Assembly (NCBI RefSeq): GCF_004010195.1
Contig: NC_057750.1
Span: 16,746,450-16,810,449 of the forward strand
DNA from: Chiloscyllium plagiosum
Lineage: Eukaryota
Length of the DNA: 64,000 nt
Direction: 5' to 3'
The position numbers and the translations under genes were made by a program. The notes beneath the pieces were generated by a model. It saw nothing but the letters and a program-made list of their open reading frames with translations. It was not told the DNA's origin and did no database searches. Below are positions 51,776 to 63,904 of the stretch, piece by piece. How positions within the stretch are numbered: position 1 is the first letter of the stretch; each line of letters opens with the position of its first letter.

Positions 51776-52992
51776 ATTTAGGTGACAAAAACCAACAAAG
51801 CTGACCTTACTGAAACTATGATTAGGAGGCAGTTCTGTCATTCTGCCATGTTAGTCCTCTCCCATCTTTCAGAACAAACAATGCTTTGTACATAAGCCCA
51901 AGTGTTATTTGGCAGCTGCTATTGTAATTTTAAAAAAACCCAGAAAATACAGGAAATGCAAAACAGCTGTCAAGATTTGAGACAATCTGATTCATGCTTC
52001 CCTTTATCAAAAGCAATTCCAACAGAAGTAATTCTTGCTGTTCTCACTTCAGATTTCCTCAGTATCTCTTTTCAAATCTCCATTCGGTAGAAATTGAGCC
52101 CAGAGGTTAGGAGTGGCATTCAGTGTTATATTTACCAGGGATCTCCATTCTCAGTAATGTGCCACATACATTCCTCAAATTCTAGGAATATTATGGCCTC
52201 TGCTTCCTTGGACTGAGAAGTTCTATTACGACATGAAACCCATTGTCGATCGATTTGGCTACAGATAAAAGAGAGGCCATTTATCACATCCTGCGTGTGG
52301 CAGTTCATTGGCAGGATAATTCAAATAGTCCCACTGCTCCCCATTCCTTCGTACATTCTTCATTCCCCATCAAATGTCTTTACAAATCCATTTTTGAAAA
52401 TTATTGTTGAATCAGCATTCACTGCGCTTTTGGACAACGCGCTACTGACCACAGCCACTGACAGCGCAAAACAAAACGTTTGTCTTTTCTTTCCTTCTTT
52501 CTTCTTAGCTACCTCCCATCCTTGATCCTCGGGTATTCACAGGCACCCGGCCTCAGCTCAGACTCCCAGGCCTCAGCACAGACTCCTAGGCCTCAGCACA
52601 GACTCCTAGCCTCAGCGCCAACTCCCAGCCACAGCACAGACTCCCAGGTCTCAGCACAGACTCCTAGCCTCAGCGCCAACTCCCGGCCTCAGCTCAGACT
52701 CCCAGGCCTCAGCAAAGGCTCCTAGCCTCAGCGCCAACTCCCGGCCTCAGCACAGACTACCGGCCTCAGCTCAGACTCCCAGGCCTCAGCACAGACTCCT
52801 AGCCTCAGCGCCAACTCCCAGCCACAGCACAGACTCCCGGCCTCAGCGCAGACTCCCAGGCCTCAGCACAGACTCCTAGCCTCAGCACAGACTCCTAGCC
52901 TCAACGCCAACTCCCAGCCTCAGCACAGACTCCCGGCCTCAGCACAGACTCCCAGGCCTCAGCACAGATTCCCAAGCCTCAGCACAGACTTC

Positions 52993-53197
52993 TATCGCAT
53001 TTCCAATGCCCCTCCCCCAAGTCCCTCCTCCCTACCTTTTATCTTAGCCTGCTGGACACACTTTCCTCATTCCTGAAGAAGGGCTTATGCCCGGAACGTC
53101 GATTCTCCTGATCCCTGGATGCTGCCTGACCTGCTGCGCTGTTCCAGCAACACATTTTCAGCTCTGATCTCCAGCATCTGCAGACCTCACTTTCTCC
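52993..53197 (+). mobile_element. 205-bp Penelope terminal module, copy 1 (hammerhead GAAA>GGAA)
   Basis: Near-identical to 55929-56133 and 57032-57236; homologous to 4960-5093. Confidence 0.9.
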
Positions 53198-55928
53198 TCC
53201 TAGCCTCAGCGCCAACTCCCAGCCTCAGCACAGACTCCAGGCCTCAGCACAGACTCCCAGGCCTCAGCACAGACTCCTAGCCTCAGCGCAGACTCCTGGC
53301 CTCAGCACGGACTCCCAGCCTCAGCACAGACTCATAGCCTCAGCGCCAACTCCCGGCCTCAGCACAGACTCTCGGCCTCAGCATGGACTTCCAGGTCTCA
53401 GCACAGACTCCCAGCCTCAGCACAGACTCCCAGCCTCAGCACAGACTCCCAGGCCTCAGCGCCAACTCCCTACCGCAGCATGGACTCCCAGGCCTCAGCA
53501 CAGACTCCCAGCCTCAGCGCAGATTCCCAGCCTCAGCGCAGGTTCCCAGGCCTCAGCACGGACTCCCAGCCTCTGCACAGACTCCCGGCCTCAGCACAGA
53601 CTCCCAGGCCTCAGCACAGACTCCCAAGCCTCAGCACGGATTCCCAGCCTCAGCGCCAATTCCCGGCCACAAGCACAGACTCCTGGCCTCAGCACGGACT
53701 CCCAGGCCTCAGCACAGACTCCCGGCCTCAGCACAGACTCCTAGCCTCAGCGCCAACTCCCAGCCTCAGCACAGACTCCCAGCCTCAGCACAGACTCCAG
53801 GCCTCAGCACAGACTCCCAGGCCTCAGCGCCAACTCCCTGCCGCAGCATGGACTCCCAGGCCTCAGCACAGACTCCCGGCCTCAGCGCAGACTCCCAGGC
53901 CTCAGCACAGACTCCAGGCCTCAGCACAGACTCCCAGGCCTCAGCACAGACTCCCAGGCCTCAGCACAGACTCCCAGGCCTCAGCATGGACTCCCAGCCT
54001 CAGCGCAGATTCCCAGCCTCACCACAGACTCCCAGCCTCAGCACAGACCCCAGGCCTCAGCACAGACTCATAGCCTCAGCGCAGACTCACAGCCTCAGCA
54101 CGGACTCCTAGCCTCAGTGCAGCCTCCCGGCCTCAGCACGGACTCCTGGCCTCAACACGGACTTCGGACCTCAGCGCTGACCCCTAGCCTCAACGTTAAC
54201 TCCTGGCCTCAACACGGATTCCCAGCCTCAGTGCGGACTACCAGCCTTAGCATGGACACCATGCCTCAGCACGGACTCCAGGTCTCAGCGCCAACACCTG
54301 CCCTCAGCGCGGGCCCCTGGCCTCAGCACAGACCCCCAGCTTCAGCACGGACTCCCAGCCTCAGAGTGGACTCCCAGCCTCAGTACCGACTCCTGGCCTC
54401 ACCATGGACTCTCAGCTTTAGCACGGGCTCCAGGCCTCAGCACGGGCTCCGGGCCTCAGCATGGACTGCCAGCCTCAGCATGCACTCCCGGCCTCAGCGC
54501 AGACTCCGGCCTCAGCGCAGATTCCGGCCTCAGCGCAGATTCCGGCCTCAGCATGGACTCCCGGCCTCAGCACGGGCTCCAGGCCTCAGCACGGACTCCG
54601 GCCTCAGCGCAGATTCCGGCCTCAGCATGGTCTCCCGGCCTCAGCACGGACTCCAGGACACAGCACGGACTCCAGGACTCAGCACGGACTCCCGGCCTCA
54701 GCGCAGATTCCGGTATCAGCGCAGATTCCGGCCTCAGCACGGGCTCCAGGCCTCAGCATGGACTCCCGGCCTCAGCACGGGCTCCAGGCCTCAGCACGGA
54801 CTCCGGCCTCAGTGCAGATTCCGGCCTCAGCATGGTCTCCCGGCCTCAGCACGGACTCCAGGACACAGCACGGACTCCAGGACTCAGCACAGACTCCCGG
54901 CCTCAGTGCAGATTCCGGCCTCAGCACGGACTCCCGGCCTCAGCGCAGATTCCGGCCTCAGCATGGTCTCCCGGCCTCAGCACGGACTCCAGGACACAGC
55001 ACGGACTCCAGGACACAGCACGGACTCCAGGACACAGCACGGTCTCCCAGCCTTAGTGCAGACTCCCATCCTCAGCACGGACTCCCAGCCTCAGCACAGA
55101 CTCCTGGCCTCAGCATGGACTCCCAGCCTCAGCATGGACTCCCAGCGTCAGCGTGGATTTCCAGCCTCAGCGCAGAATCCCAGCCTCAGCACAGACTCCC
55201 AGCCTCAGCACAGACTCCTGGCCTCAGCATGGACTCCCAGCCTCAGCGCGGATTCCCAGCCTCAGCACAGACTCCCAGCCTCAGCACAGACTCCTGGCCT
55301 CAGCACAGACTCCTGGCCTGAGCACGGACTCCCAGCCTCAGCGCGGATTCCGAGCCTCAGCGCAGACTCCCAGCCTCAGTGCGGACTCCTAGCCTCAGCG
55401 CGGATTCCCAGCCTCAGCGCAGACTCCAGGACTCAGCACAGACTCCCAGCCTCAGCACGGACTCCTAGCCTCAGCACGGACTCCCAGCCTCAGCACGGAC
55501 TCCCAGCCTCAGCACAGACTCCCAGCCTCAGCACGGACTCAGCACAGACTCCCAGCCTCAGTGCGGACTCAGCACAGACTCCCAGCCTCAGCATGGACTC
55601 CAGGACTCAGCACAGACTCCCAGCCTCAGCGCAGACTCCCAGCCTCAGCTCGGACTCGCAGCCTCAGCACGGACTCCCAGCCTCAGCGCGGATTCCGAGC
55701 CTCAGCACGGACTCGCAGCCTCAGCACGGACTCCCAGCCTCAGCTCAGACTCCCAGGCCTCAGCACAGACTCCCGGCCTCAGCTCAGACTCCCAGGCCTC
55801 AGCACAGACTCCTAGGCCTCAGCACAGACTCCTAGCCTCAGCGCCAACTCCCACCTCAGCACAGACTCCCGGCCTCATCACAGACTCCCAGGCCTCAGCA
55901 CAGATTCCCAAGCCTCAGCACAGACTCC

Positions 55929-56133
55929 TATCGCATTTCCAATGCCCCTCCCCCAAGTCCCTCCTCCCTACATTTTATCTTAGCCTGCTGGACACACTTT
56001 CCTCATTCCTGAAGAAGGGCTTATGCCCGAAACGTCGATTCTCCTGACCCCTGGATGCTGCCTGACCTGCTGCGCTGTTCCAGCAACACATTTTCAGCTC
56101 TGATCTCCAGCATCTGCAGACCTCACTTTCTCC
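55929..56133 (+). mobile_element. 205-bp Penelope terminal module, copy 2
   Basis: As copy 1, with an intact core. Confidence 0.9.
56005..56040 (+). ncRNA. Minimal type I hammerhead ribozyme motif
   Basis: ATTC-CTGAAGA-A-GGGC-TTAT-GCCC-GAA-ACGT-C-GATT. Confidence 0.8.
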
Positions 56134-57031
56134 TCCTAGCCTCAGCGCCAACTCCCAGCCTCAGCGCCAACTCCCGGCCTCAGCATGGACTCCCAGACCT
56201 CAGCACAGACTCCTAGCCTCAGCGCCAACTCCCGGCCTCAGCACAGACTCTCGGCCTCAGCATGGACTTCCAGGTCTCAGCACAGACTCCTAGCCTCAGC
56301 ACAGACTCTCAAGCCTCAGCACGGATTCCAGCCTCAGCACAGACTCCCAGCCTCAGCGCGGATTCCCAGCCTCAGNNNNNNNNNNNNNNNNNNNNNNNNN
56401 NNNNNNNNNNNNNNNNNNNNNNNNNNNNNNNNNNNNNNNNNNNNNNNNNNNNNNNNNNNNNNNNNNNNNNNNNNNNNNNNNNNNNNNNNNNNNNNNNNNN
56501 NNNNNNNNNNNNNNNNNNNNNNNNNNNNNNNNNNNNNNNNNNNNNNNNNNNNNNNNNNNNNNNNNNNNNNNNNNNNNNNNNNNNNNNNNNNNNNNNNNNN
56601 NNNNNNNNNNNNNNNNNNNNNNNNNNNNNNNNNNNNNNNNNNNNNNNNNNNNNNNNNNNNNNNNNNNNNNNNNNNNNNNNNNNNNNNNNNNNNNNNNNNN
56701 NNNNNNNNNNNNNNNNNNNNNNNNNNNNNNNNNNNNNNNNNNNNNNNNNNNNNNNNNNNNNNNNNNNNNNNNNNNNNNNNNNNNNNNNNNNNNNNNNNNN
56801 NNNNNNNNNNNNNNNNNNNNNNNNNNNNNNNNNNNNNNNNNNNNNNNNNNNNNNNNNNNNNNNNNNNNNNNNNNNNNNNNNNNNNNNNNNNNNNNNNNNN
56901 NNNNNNNNNNNNNNNNNNNNNNNNNNNNNNNNNNNNNNNNNNNNNNNNNNNNNNNNCCTCAGCACAGACTCCCAGCCTCAGCACAGACTCCCAGGCCTCA
57001 GCACAGATTCCCAAGCCTCAGCACGGACTCC

Positions 57032-57236
57032 TATCGCATTTCCAATGCCCCTCCCCCAAGTCCCTCCTCCCTACCTTTTATCTTAGCCTGCTGGACACAC
57101 TTTCCTCATTCCTGAAGAAGGGCTTATGCCCGAAACGTCGATTCTCCTGACCCCTGGATGCTGCCTGACCTGCTGCGCTGTTCCAGCAACACATTTTCAG
57201 CTCTGATCTCCAGCATCTGCCGACCTCACTTTCTCC
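57032..57236 (+). mobile_element. 205-bp Penelope terminal module, copy 3
   Basis: As copy 1, with an intact core. Confidence 0.9.
57108..57143 (+). ncRNA. Minimal type I hammerhead ribozyme motif
   Basis: Identical to 56005-56040. Confidence 0.8.
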
Positions 57237-58404
57237 TCCCAGCCTCAGCGCCAACTCCCGGCCTCAGCATGGACTTCCAGGTCTCAGCACAGACTCCTAG
57301 CCTCAGCACAGACTCCCAAGCCTCAGCACCGATTCCAGCCTCAGCGCAGACTCCCAGCCTCAGCGCGGATTCCCAGCCTCAGCGCAGACTCCCAGCCTCA
57401 GCCCGGACTCGCAGCCTCAGCACGGACTCGCAGCCTCAGCATGGACTCCCCACCTCAGCACGGACTCCCAACCTCAGCACGGACTCCCGGCCTCACCATG
57501 GACTCCCAGCCTCAGTGTGGACTCCCAGCTTCAGCATGGACTCCCAGCCTCAGTGTGGACTCCCAGCCTCAGCGCTGACTCCCAGCCTCAGCACAGACTC
57601 CCAGCCTTAGCACAGACTTCCAGCCTCAGCGCGGACTCCTGGCCTCAACGCGGACTACCAGCCTCAGCACAGACTCCCAGCCTCAGCACGGACTCCCAGC
57701 CTCACCATGGACTCCTAGCCTTAACACGGGCTCCAGGCCTCAGCACGGACTCCAGGCCTCAGCACAGACTCCCAGCCTCAGCACGGACTCCAGGCCTCAG
57801 CACGGACTCCCAGCCTCAACGCGCACTCCGGCCTCAGTGCGGACTCCAGCCTTCAGCACAGACTCCAGTCCTCAGCACGGACTCCGGCCTCAACGAGGAC
57901 TCCTGGCCTCACCGCTGACTCCAGACCTCAGTGCGGACTCCCGGCCTCAGCACAGACTCCAGGCCTCAGCACGGACTCCAGCCTCAACGCAGACGCCTGG
58001 CCTCAACGCAGACTTCCAGCCTCAGCACGGGCTCCCGGCCTCAGCACGGGCTCCAGGCCTCAACACGGACTCCCAGTATCAGTGTGGATCCAGGTCTCAG
58101 CGCAGACTCCCAGCCTCAACATGGCCTCCTGGACTCAGTACAGACTCCAGCCTCAGTGCAGTCTCCTGACCTTGAGAGCCTCATGGTGAAGCCTGGCACG
58201 GACTGGAGGCTCGGTGCTGGTGCAGACTGGGTTGGAAGGATTATTATCTAAACCTTTTGGGGTTTCTTAATTTTTCTAATTTATTCCTTTGATTTTGTAC
58301 TTCGGTACCTAAGATGGCACAAAGGTCTGTAATGCTGGACTTCTTATTTCTTTAATTTTCTAATTTTGGCCTAAGAATTTGTACTTAAGAATCTGTATTG
58401 TATT

Positions 58405-58590
58405 CATGATTTGGAGATGCCGGTGTTGGACTGGGGTGTACAAAGTTAAAAATCACACAACACCAGGTTATAATCCAACAGGTTTAATTGGAAGCACTAG
58501 CTTTCGGAGCGCCGCTCCTTCATCAGCACCCCAGTCCAACATCAGCATCTCCAAATCATGACTATAACCTGGTGTTGTGTGATTTTTAAC
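58405..58590. mobile_element. Rearranged Penelope-terminus insert with minus-strand hammerhead core
   Basis: Core at 58495-58526 (-); internal inverted repeat catgatttggagatg...catctccaaatcatg; TSD tctgtattgtatt (58392-58404, 58591-58603). Confidence 0.88.
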
Positions 58591-59185
58591 TCTGTATTGT
58601 ATTGGTATTGTAGCAGTGAGCTTAGAGCATGGTTTGCCTCAGAATACTGGGTTCTTTAATATTCAGCGTTGAGATGCAATAAATACCGTCCTTCAGATGC
58701 CAAACATAAAGACATTTCTTGATGTTGGCTTCCCCCTGATCTCGAACCTCAAACTCCTAGACAGAGATGTAAACTACAAAAGTAATTCCACCTGTGAATC
58801 ATCCTCACAATAACGTCCCCACCTTACCAGTTTCTCTGTATTCTTTTCATGATGTCAAGGCCAAATTGGTGCACAGCGCTTGGAGTGTGTTTTAACCAGA
58901 AGACCAGAGAAAGCTATTTCAGCTACTCACTGAATCCACAAGAAGGGGCTAAGCTTTACAAGTTCAGCCAGACAATGTCAGGAAACATCTCCTTACGCAG
59001 AGTGTGTGGAAATCAGGAACTGTCTCCCACGAAAAGCTGAGAGGGTGGGAATCTTTAAAGATGTCAAAAACTAATATTGATTGATACTTGAAACAAAAAT
59101 ACACAAGTAGCAGGTCTGGTAACATCTGTTGAGAGTAACAACAGGCATAAGCAAACAAAGAAATGGTTGATGATTAGCCAACAGG

Positions 59186-59514
59186 CAGAGTGGGACCATT
59201 TGGCACAGCCACTTTGGCGTGAGTGTTTCGGCGCAGCTCATCTTGATTTCAGGATTAATGAAAGCAGTAAAAATAAAAGTTGATTCCTTTTCAGGCTTAG
59301 TTAAAAACATTACTGAAAGCAATAAAAATAAAAGTAATGTTTATCCTCTTTAGCAAAAATGTTAAAGAGAAAAAAAAAACAGAAACTTGTTAACTAAGCC
59401 TGAAATCAATATTAGCTGCACCGAAACAGCTCTGCGGCTAAACGGGTCTGTGGCAAAACGGCCTGCGCCGAAACACTCGCACCAAAGTGGCTGCGCCGAA
59501 TGGTCCTACACCCG
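59186..59514. mobile_element. Non-autonomous DNA transposon (MITE), MULE/foldback-like
   Basis: Imperfect TIRs ggaccatttggcacagccactttggcgtgagtgtttcggcgcag / ctgcgccgaaacactcgcaccaaagtggctgcgccgaatggtcc; flanking direct repeat (g)ccaacagg. Confidence 0.85.
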
Positions 59515-59525
59515 CCAACAGGGAT

Positions 59526-59862
59526 GCCGCACAGTGGCTCAGTGGTTAGTATTGTTCATTCACAGCACCAGGGACCTGGGTTCAGTTCCACTCTGGGAGT
59601 AACTGTCAGTGTGGAGATTGCATATTCTCTCCGTGTCTGTGTGGGTTTCCTCTGGGTGTTCCAGACCCAGAGACGCAGTCCAAAGATGAGCAGGTTAGGG
59701 TGGATTGACAATGCTAAATTGCCCCATAGTGTCCAGGGACATGGATGTTAGGTGGGTTAGCCGTGGTAAAAATGCAGGGTTGTAGGGTTGAGATGCTCTT
59801 TGGAGGGTCGGTGTGGACTCGATGGGCTGAATGGCCTACTTCCATACCATAGGGATTCTATG
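59526..59862 (+). mobile_element. HE1 SINE
   Basis: A box TGGCTCAGTGG (59535-59545), core and tail. Confidence 0.9.
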
Positions 59863-59884
59863 AAGTGTGAGATAAATACCAGGT

Positions 59885-60115
59885 AGGGTGCAATGAGAAT
59901 TGTAAATAGTGAGTTGGCTGAGCACGGAGCAGCCCATACAAACAGCATTGAGGGGTGGGGAGGCAGGGGAATTGACGTGGAGGAGGGAGACCTTGTTCTG
60001 AAACCATCTCAGGCCTGCTCCAGCCAGGCTCAACACAAGATGGATGAACAACACCTCATCTTTCACCTCGTTACCTTAACACCCAACATGGAGTTTAACA
60101 ATTTCAGAACGTGAT
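59885..60115 (+). pseudogene. Old Penelope endonuclease C-terminal relic
   Basis: LAEH...QAQHKMDEQHLIFHL.TL.P.MEFNNF. Confidence 0.65.
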
Positions 60116-60309
60116 TAGCCCTGTGTTCCTCCAACACTCTCAGTTTCTCTCTCAGATTTCCAGTATACACAGGTCTCTGTGTCATTTTATTAATTGACGA
60201 GAGTGTTAACTGATATGTAACAAAACTGGGTAAATGTGAGGGTAAGATATTGATGGGCAGTAGTCTGACTGAGTGGTGCAACAGGCTTGAAGGGCTGAAT
60301 GGCCTGCTA

Positions 60310-61362
60310 GTGCTGTCATTTGTATTAATGATTTGGATGAGAATATAGAAGGTATGGTTATTACGATTGCAGACGATACCAAAATTGGTGACATAGTGGA
60401 GAGTGAAGAAGGATATCTAAGGTTACAAAGAGATTTTGATCAATTGGGTCAATGGGCTGAGGAGTGGTGGATGGACTTTAGATTAATGTGAGGTATTGCA
60501 TTTTGCTAAAACAAACAAGGGCAGGACTTATACAATTAAAAGCAGGGCCTTAGGTAGTGTTGTAGAACAGAGAGATTCCTGGTATTCCTGATGAAGGGCT
60601 TTTGCCTGAAACGTCGATTTTCCTGCTCCTCGGATGCTGCATGAAATGCTGTGCTTTTCCAGCACCACTCTAGTCCTAGAACAGAGAGATCCAGGATTCA
60701 GGTACATAATTCTTTGAAGTTTGCGTCAAAGTTAACAGGGTTGTTAAGAAGGTATTTAGCACATTAACCTTCGTTGCTCAAACCTTTGAGTATAGGAGTT
60801 GGGATGTCATGTTGGCATTGTGCAGAACAATGGTGATGCCTCCTCCAGAATACTGTGTCCAGCTCTGCTCACCCAGTTACAGAGAGGGTCCAGCAAAGAT
60901 TTTGTTGCCCAGGGGAATGGAGATTTGAGTTATAAGGAGATCCTGGAAAGGGTGGGTTTTTTTTAATGGAGTGTACAAGATTGCAGGGTGACCTTATAGA
61001 TGTTTATCAAATCATGAGGGGTATAGATAAGGTGATTGGAAAGTATCTTCTCCCAGTGGTATGTGATTTCAAAACTAGGCAGCGTATTTTTAAGATGCGA
61101 GAAGAAGAGATTTTAAAATGACTTGAGGGGTGACTTTTTAATACAGAGTATTGTTCATGTGTGGAAAGAACTTCCAGAGGAAGTGGTGGATGTGGGCACA
61201 GTTACAACTTTTAAAAGACATTTGGATTAGTACATGAATAAGAAAGATTTGGAGGGATATGGGCTAAGTTCAGGAAGGTGGGGCTAGTTTAGTTTGGGAT
61301 TATGGTCAGCGTGGACTGGTTGGACTGAAAGGTCTGTCTGCGTGCTGTATGACTCTATGACT
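60310..61362 (+). mobile_element. CR1 LINE 3' fragment
   Basis: INDLD..IADDTKIG motifs; tatgactctatgactc tail. Confidence 0.88.
60577..60676 (+). mobile_element. 100-bp Penelope-terminus insert, essentially hammerhead plus tail
   Basis: ATTC-CTGATGA-AGGGCTTTTGCCT-GAAACGTC-GATT at 60584-60619; perfect TSD tagaacagagagat (60563-60576, 60677-60690). Confidence 0.9.
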
Positions 61363-62984
61363 CCCGTGTGCCATTGTCTGACTTATTTGGGAGCTGAGTT
61401 CCTTTCCTGTGCCTTCCTGATGCCTGTATCCCTGTCCTTCCTTATTGTGACAATCTCTAGTGCTCAACGCTGGAATTCCATTCAGTATAACCCCTAAAAC
61501 TCCCCAAATTACCCAGAGTTACTCGCACAACAAAAACTGCCTTTGTCAAAGCAACGGGATAGGAAAAATAAGATAATCATGGAAGGGTAAACATTTAAAA
61601 CGATTGAGCAGTGAGACAGGCCAAATGTGTCCTCTGACTCTGGGACCTCCATTTGCTCACAATGTTTAGGAAATCTGTTTTTGTAAGATGTAGAATTCCC
61701 AGGAGAAGTGAGCTCTGACCATAGATTATTTTGATAAAATACTATTGGCTGTAACAACTGTAATTTAGAAAGGGAAGGAAGTGATTCGAAAGTTTGACAT
61801 TCTTGATTTGTCTTGATGGCCTAGGATATTGTACCTGGCACTATGTATTACACACTCAAAGGCCTTTCCGAACAGATAGTTTGGGAAGGAATAATTGATG
61901 TTCAGTACTCCCCCATACAAGCAAGCAAAATGTCCAAAATTGTTGGCTGGACAGGTCAGTTGATTGAGTTCATCCCAAACCAGGCCCACAATGGTCAAAT
62001 GATTCTATCCACCACCCCACCCCCACCAACCCCACTGGCTCCTCCTCATTATACCCACCATCCACTGAGATCGGCATCCACTGGGAGAGGAATGAGCCCC
62101 AGAATCAGCCTGGGAGAAATGTCCTGCAAGATTCCTTTCAAACTGCATAAGGTATTGAACGCCAGTCCTGGATGTTACACAGAGCAAACAGTCACCTTCT
62201 GTCGTCTCTGCCTTTGCCTGGAGCTGCTGCTGCTCCCTCTGGAAGGTGAGAGCTGAGCAGCAGTGAGACCATCAGCCTAAACCAACAACACGTTCCAGAG
62301 GTTCACTGCTCCTTGGGGAGAGACAGAACCATCCAATATCTGGTCTATTTCAAATCTCACATCGTCTCAACTCATCTCCACCACAGCCGGGCGATCACGT
62401 ACAATGCACGCCAGGCGTAGGAATTCAACTTTAGGCAAATTGGCCAAACAGCTAGAACAGAGCAATATTTGCACTCTTACCTAGTAATTTGTTTAACCTT
62501 CATGGGAAGCAGGTATTGTTGGTAAGGCCAGTATTTGTAACTCCTCTTGAACTGAGTGGCTTGGTAAACTATATCAGAGGGCAGTTAAGAGTTAACCACA
62601 TTGGTGCAGAACTGGAGTCACATGCAGGCCAGACTGGGTAAGGAAGCCAGATTTCCTTCCTTAAATATCAATGAACAAGATGGGGCTTTTTTCCCCCACC
62701 AGTACAAATGTCATTATCACATTAGTAATATTTATACCGGTTAGTGAGTTCTTATCTACAAACTTGACTGTGCAGAAAGTGAGACGGATGATTACAAAAT
62801 ACAAGCGCGAACCCTTGCTCGCTGATAGAGATTTCCCAGTACTCACAGATGCATGATTAAACAAGCCACTTTGCTGTTGTGATTGAGTGCTGAAACTCAG
62901 TGAACTCAATCATAAAAGGTTCAGAAAACAATAATCCAGGTTGCATTACAGCACACATAGAAGGCCTCGCTGATCTTTAAGAGG

Positions 62985-63385
62985 GGCCGTATTTTCTCTC
63001 TAGTTACTCTCTAGCCCTTAATGCACTTGTAGAATCTCTTTGGATTCTCCTTAACCTTATATTGCAAACTATTTCATGTCCCCTTTTCGCCCTCCTGATT
63101 TCCCTCTTAAGTATACTCCCACACCTCCAATACTCCTCAAGGGATTCACTCGATCCCAGCTGTCTATACCTGACATATGCCTCCTTAATGAGAGCCTCAC
63201 TATCTCTAGTCATCCAGTATTCCCTCCTCCTGTCAGCCTTGCCCTTCACACTAACAGGAACATGCGCTCACTGAACTTGTTACCTCGTTTTTGAAAGCCA
63301 CCCCCACTTGCTACATGTCCCTTGACCAGCAAACTGCCTCCCCCAATCAGCTTTTGAAAGCTCCTGTCTAACACCATCATAAAGT
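62985..63385 (-). mobile_element. CR1 ORF2 internal fragment
   Basis: Homologous to 10975-11375. Confidence 0.85.
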
Positions 63386-63904
63386 ATCTGCTGCCCTTGT
63401 CCTTCCGAATACTGGAAGATGGAGGTTTGGATGGTTCTCTCGAATGAGCCCTGATCAGTTGTTGTCGTACCATCTCAAGCAGTGCATTTCAGAACAGAAC
63501 CACTTACTGAGTGTAAAAGCTTTGCCTCATCTCACCATTCCTTCCTTTTCCAATGACCGTAGACCAGTGTCCTCTGGTTCTCAATCTTCCAGCAACAGGT
63601 ACAGTTTCTCCTTGTCACTTCTGTTCGGTCCCCTCATGATTTTGAATATTACAATCAAATCTCTCTCAGCCTTGCCCTCTCCAGGGTAAACAGTCCCACT
63701 TTCTCCAATCTATCTTCATTACTGAAGTTGTTCATCCCTGAAATTATTCTGGTAAACCTTCTCCATGGTCTCTCCAATGCTTTCATAGTTTTCCTCAAGT
63801 GTGGTGCCCAGAACTGAATGCAGTATTCCAACTGAGGCTGAACTCAGTGTTTTCCATCTGATCACCATCACCTCCTCTCTCTTGTAGTCTGTGCCTCTCT
63901 TTTA

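Larger units (their letters stand above)
52545..58165. repeat. Satellite/minisatellite, ~19-bp unit (GCCTCAGCACAGACTCCCA; 18-20 bp variants)
   Basis: Tandem units over ~5.6 kb, interrupted three times by the same 205-bp module. Confidence 0.98.

Noticed and set aside
41651..58165. CRISPR-like array
   Set aside because: Units are directly tandem with no unique spacers, there are no cas genes, and the context is vertebrate.
53383..58251. Long Pro/Ser/Gln-rich ORFs (up to 572 aa) resembling mucin-like proteins
   Set aside because: They are translations of the 18-20 bp satellite, with overlapping frames and no unique domain.
59526..59600. tRNA genes suggested by A/B boxes
   Set aside because: These are tRNA-derived SINE heads followed by the HE1 core and LINE-like tail; no cloverleaf.
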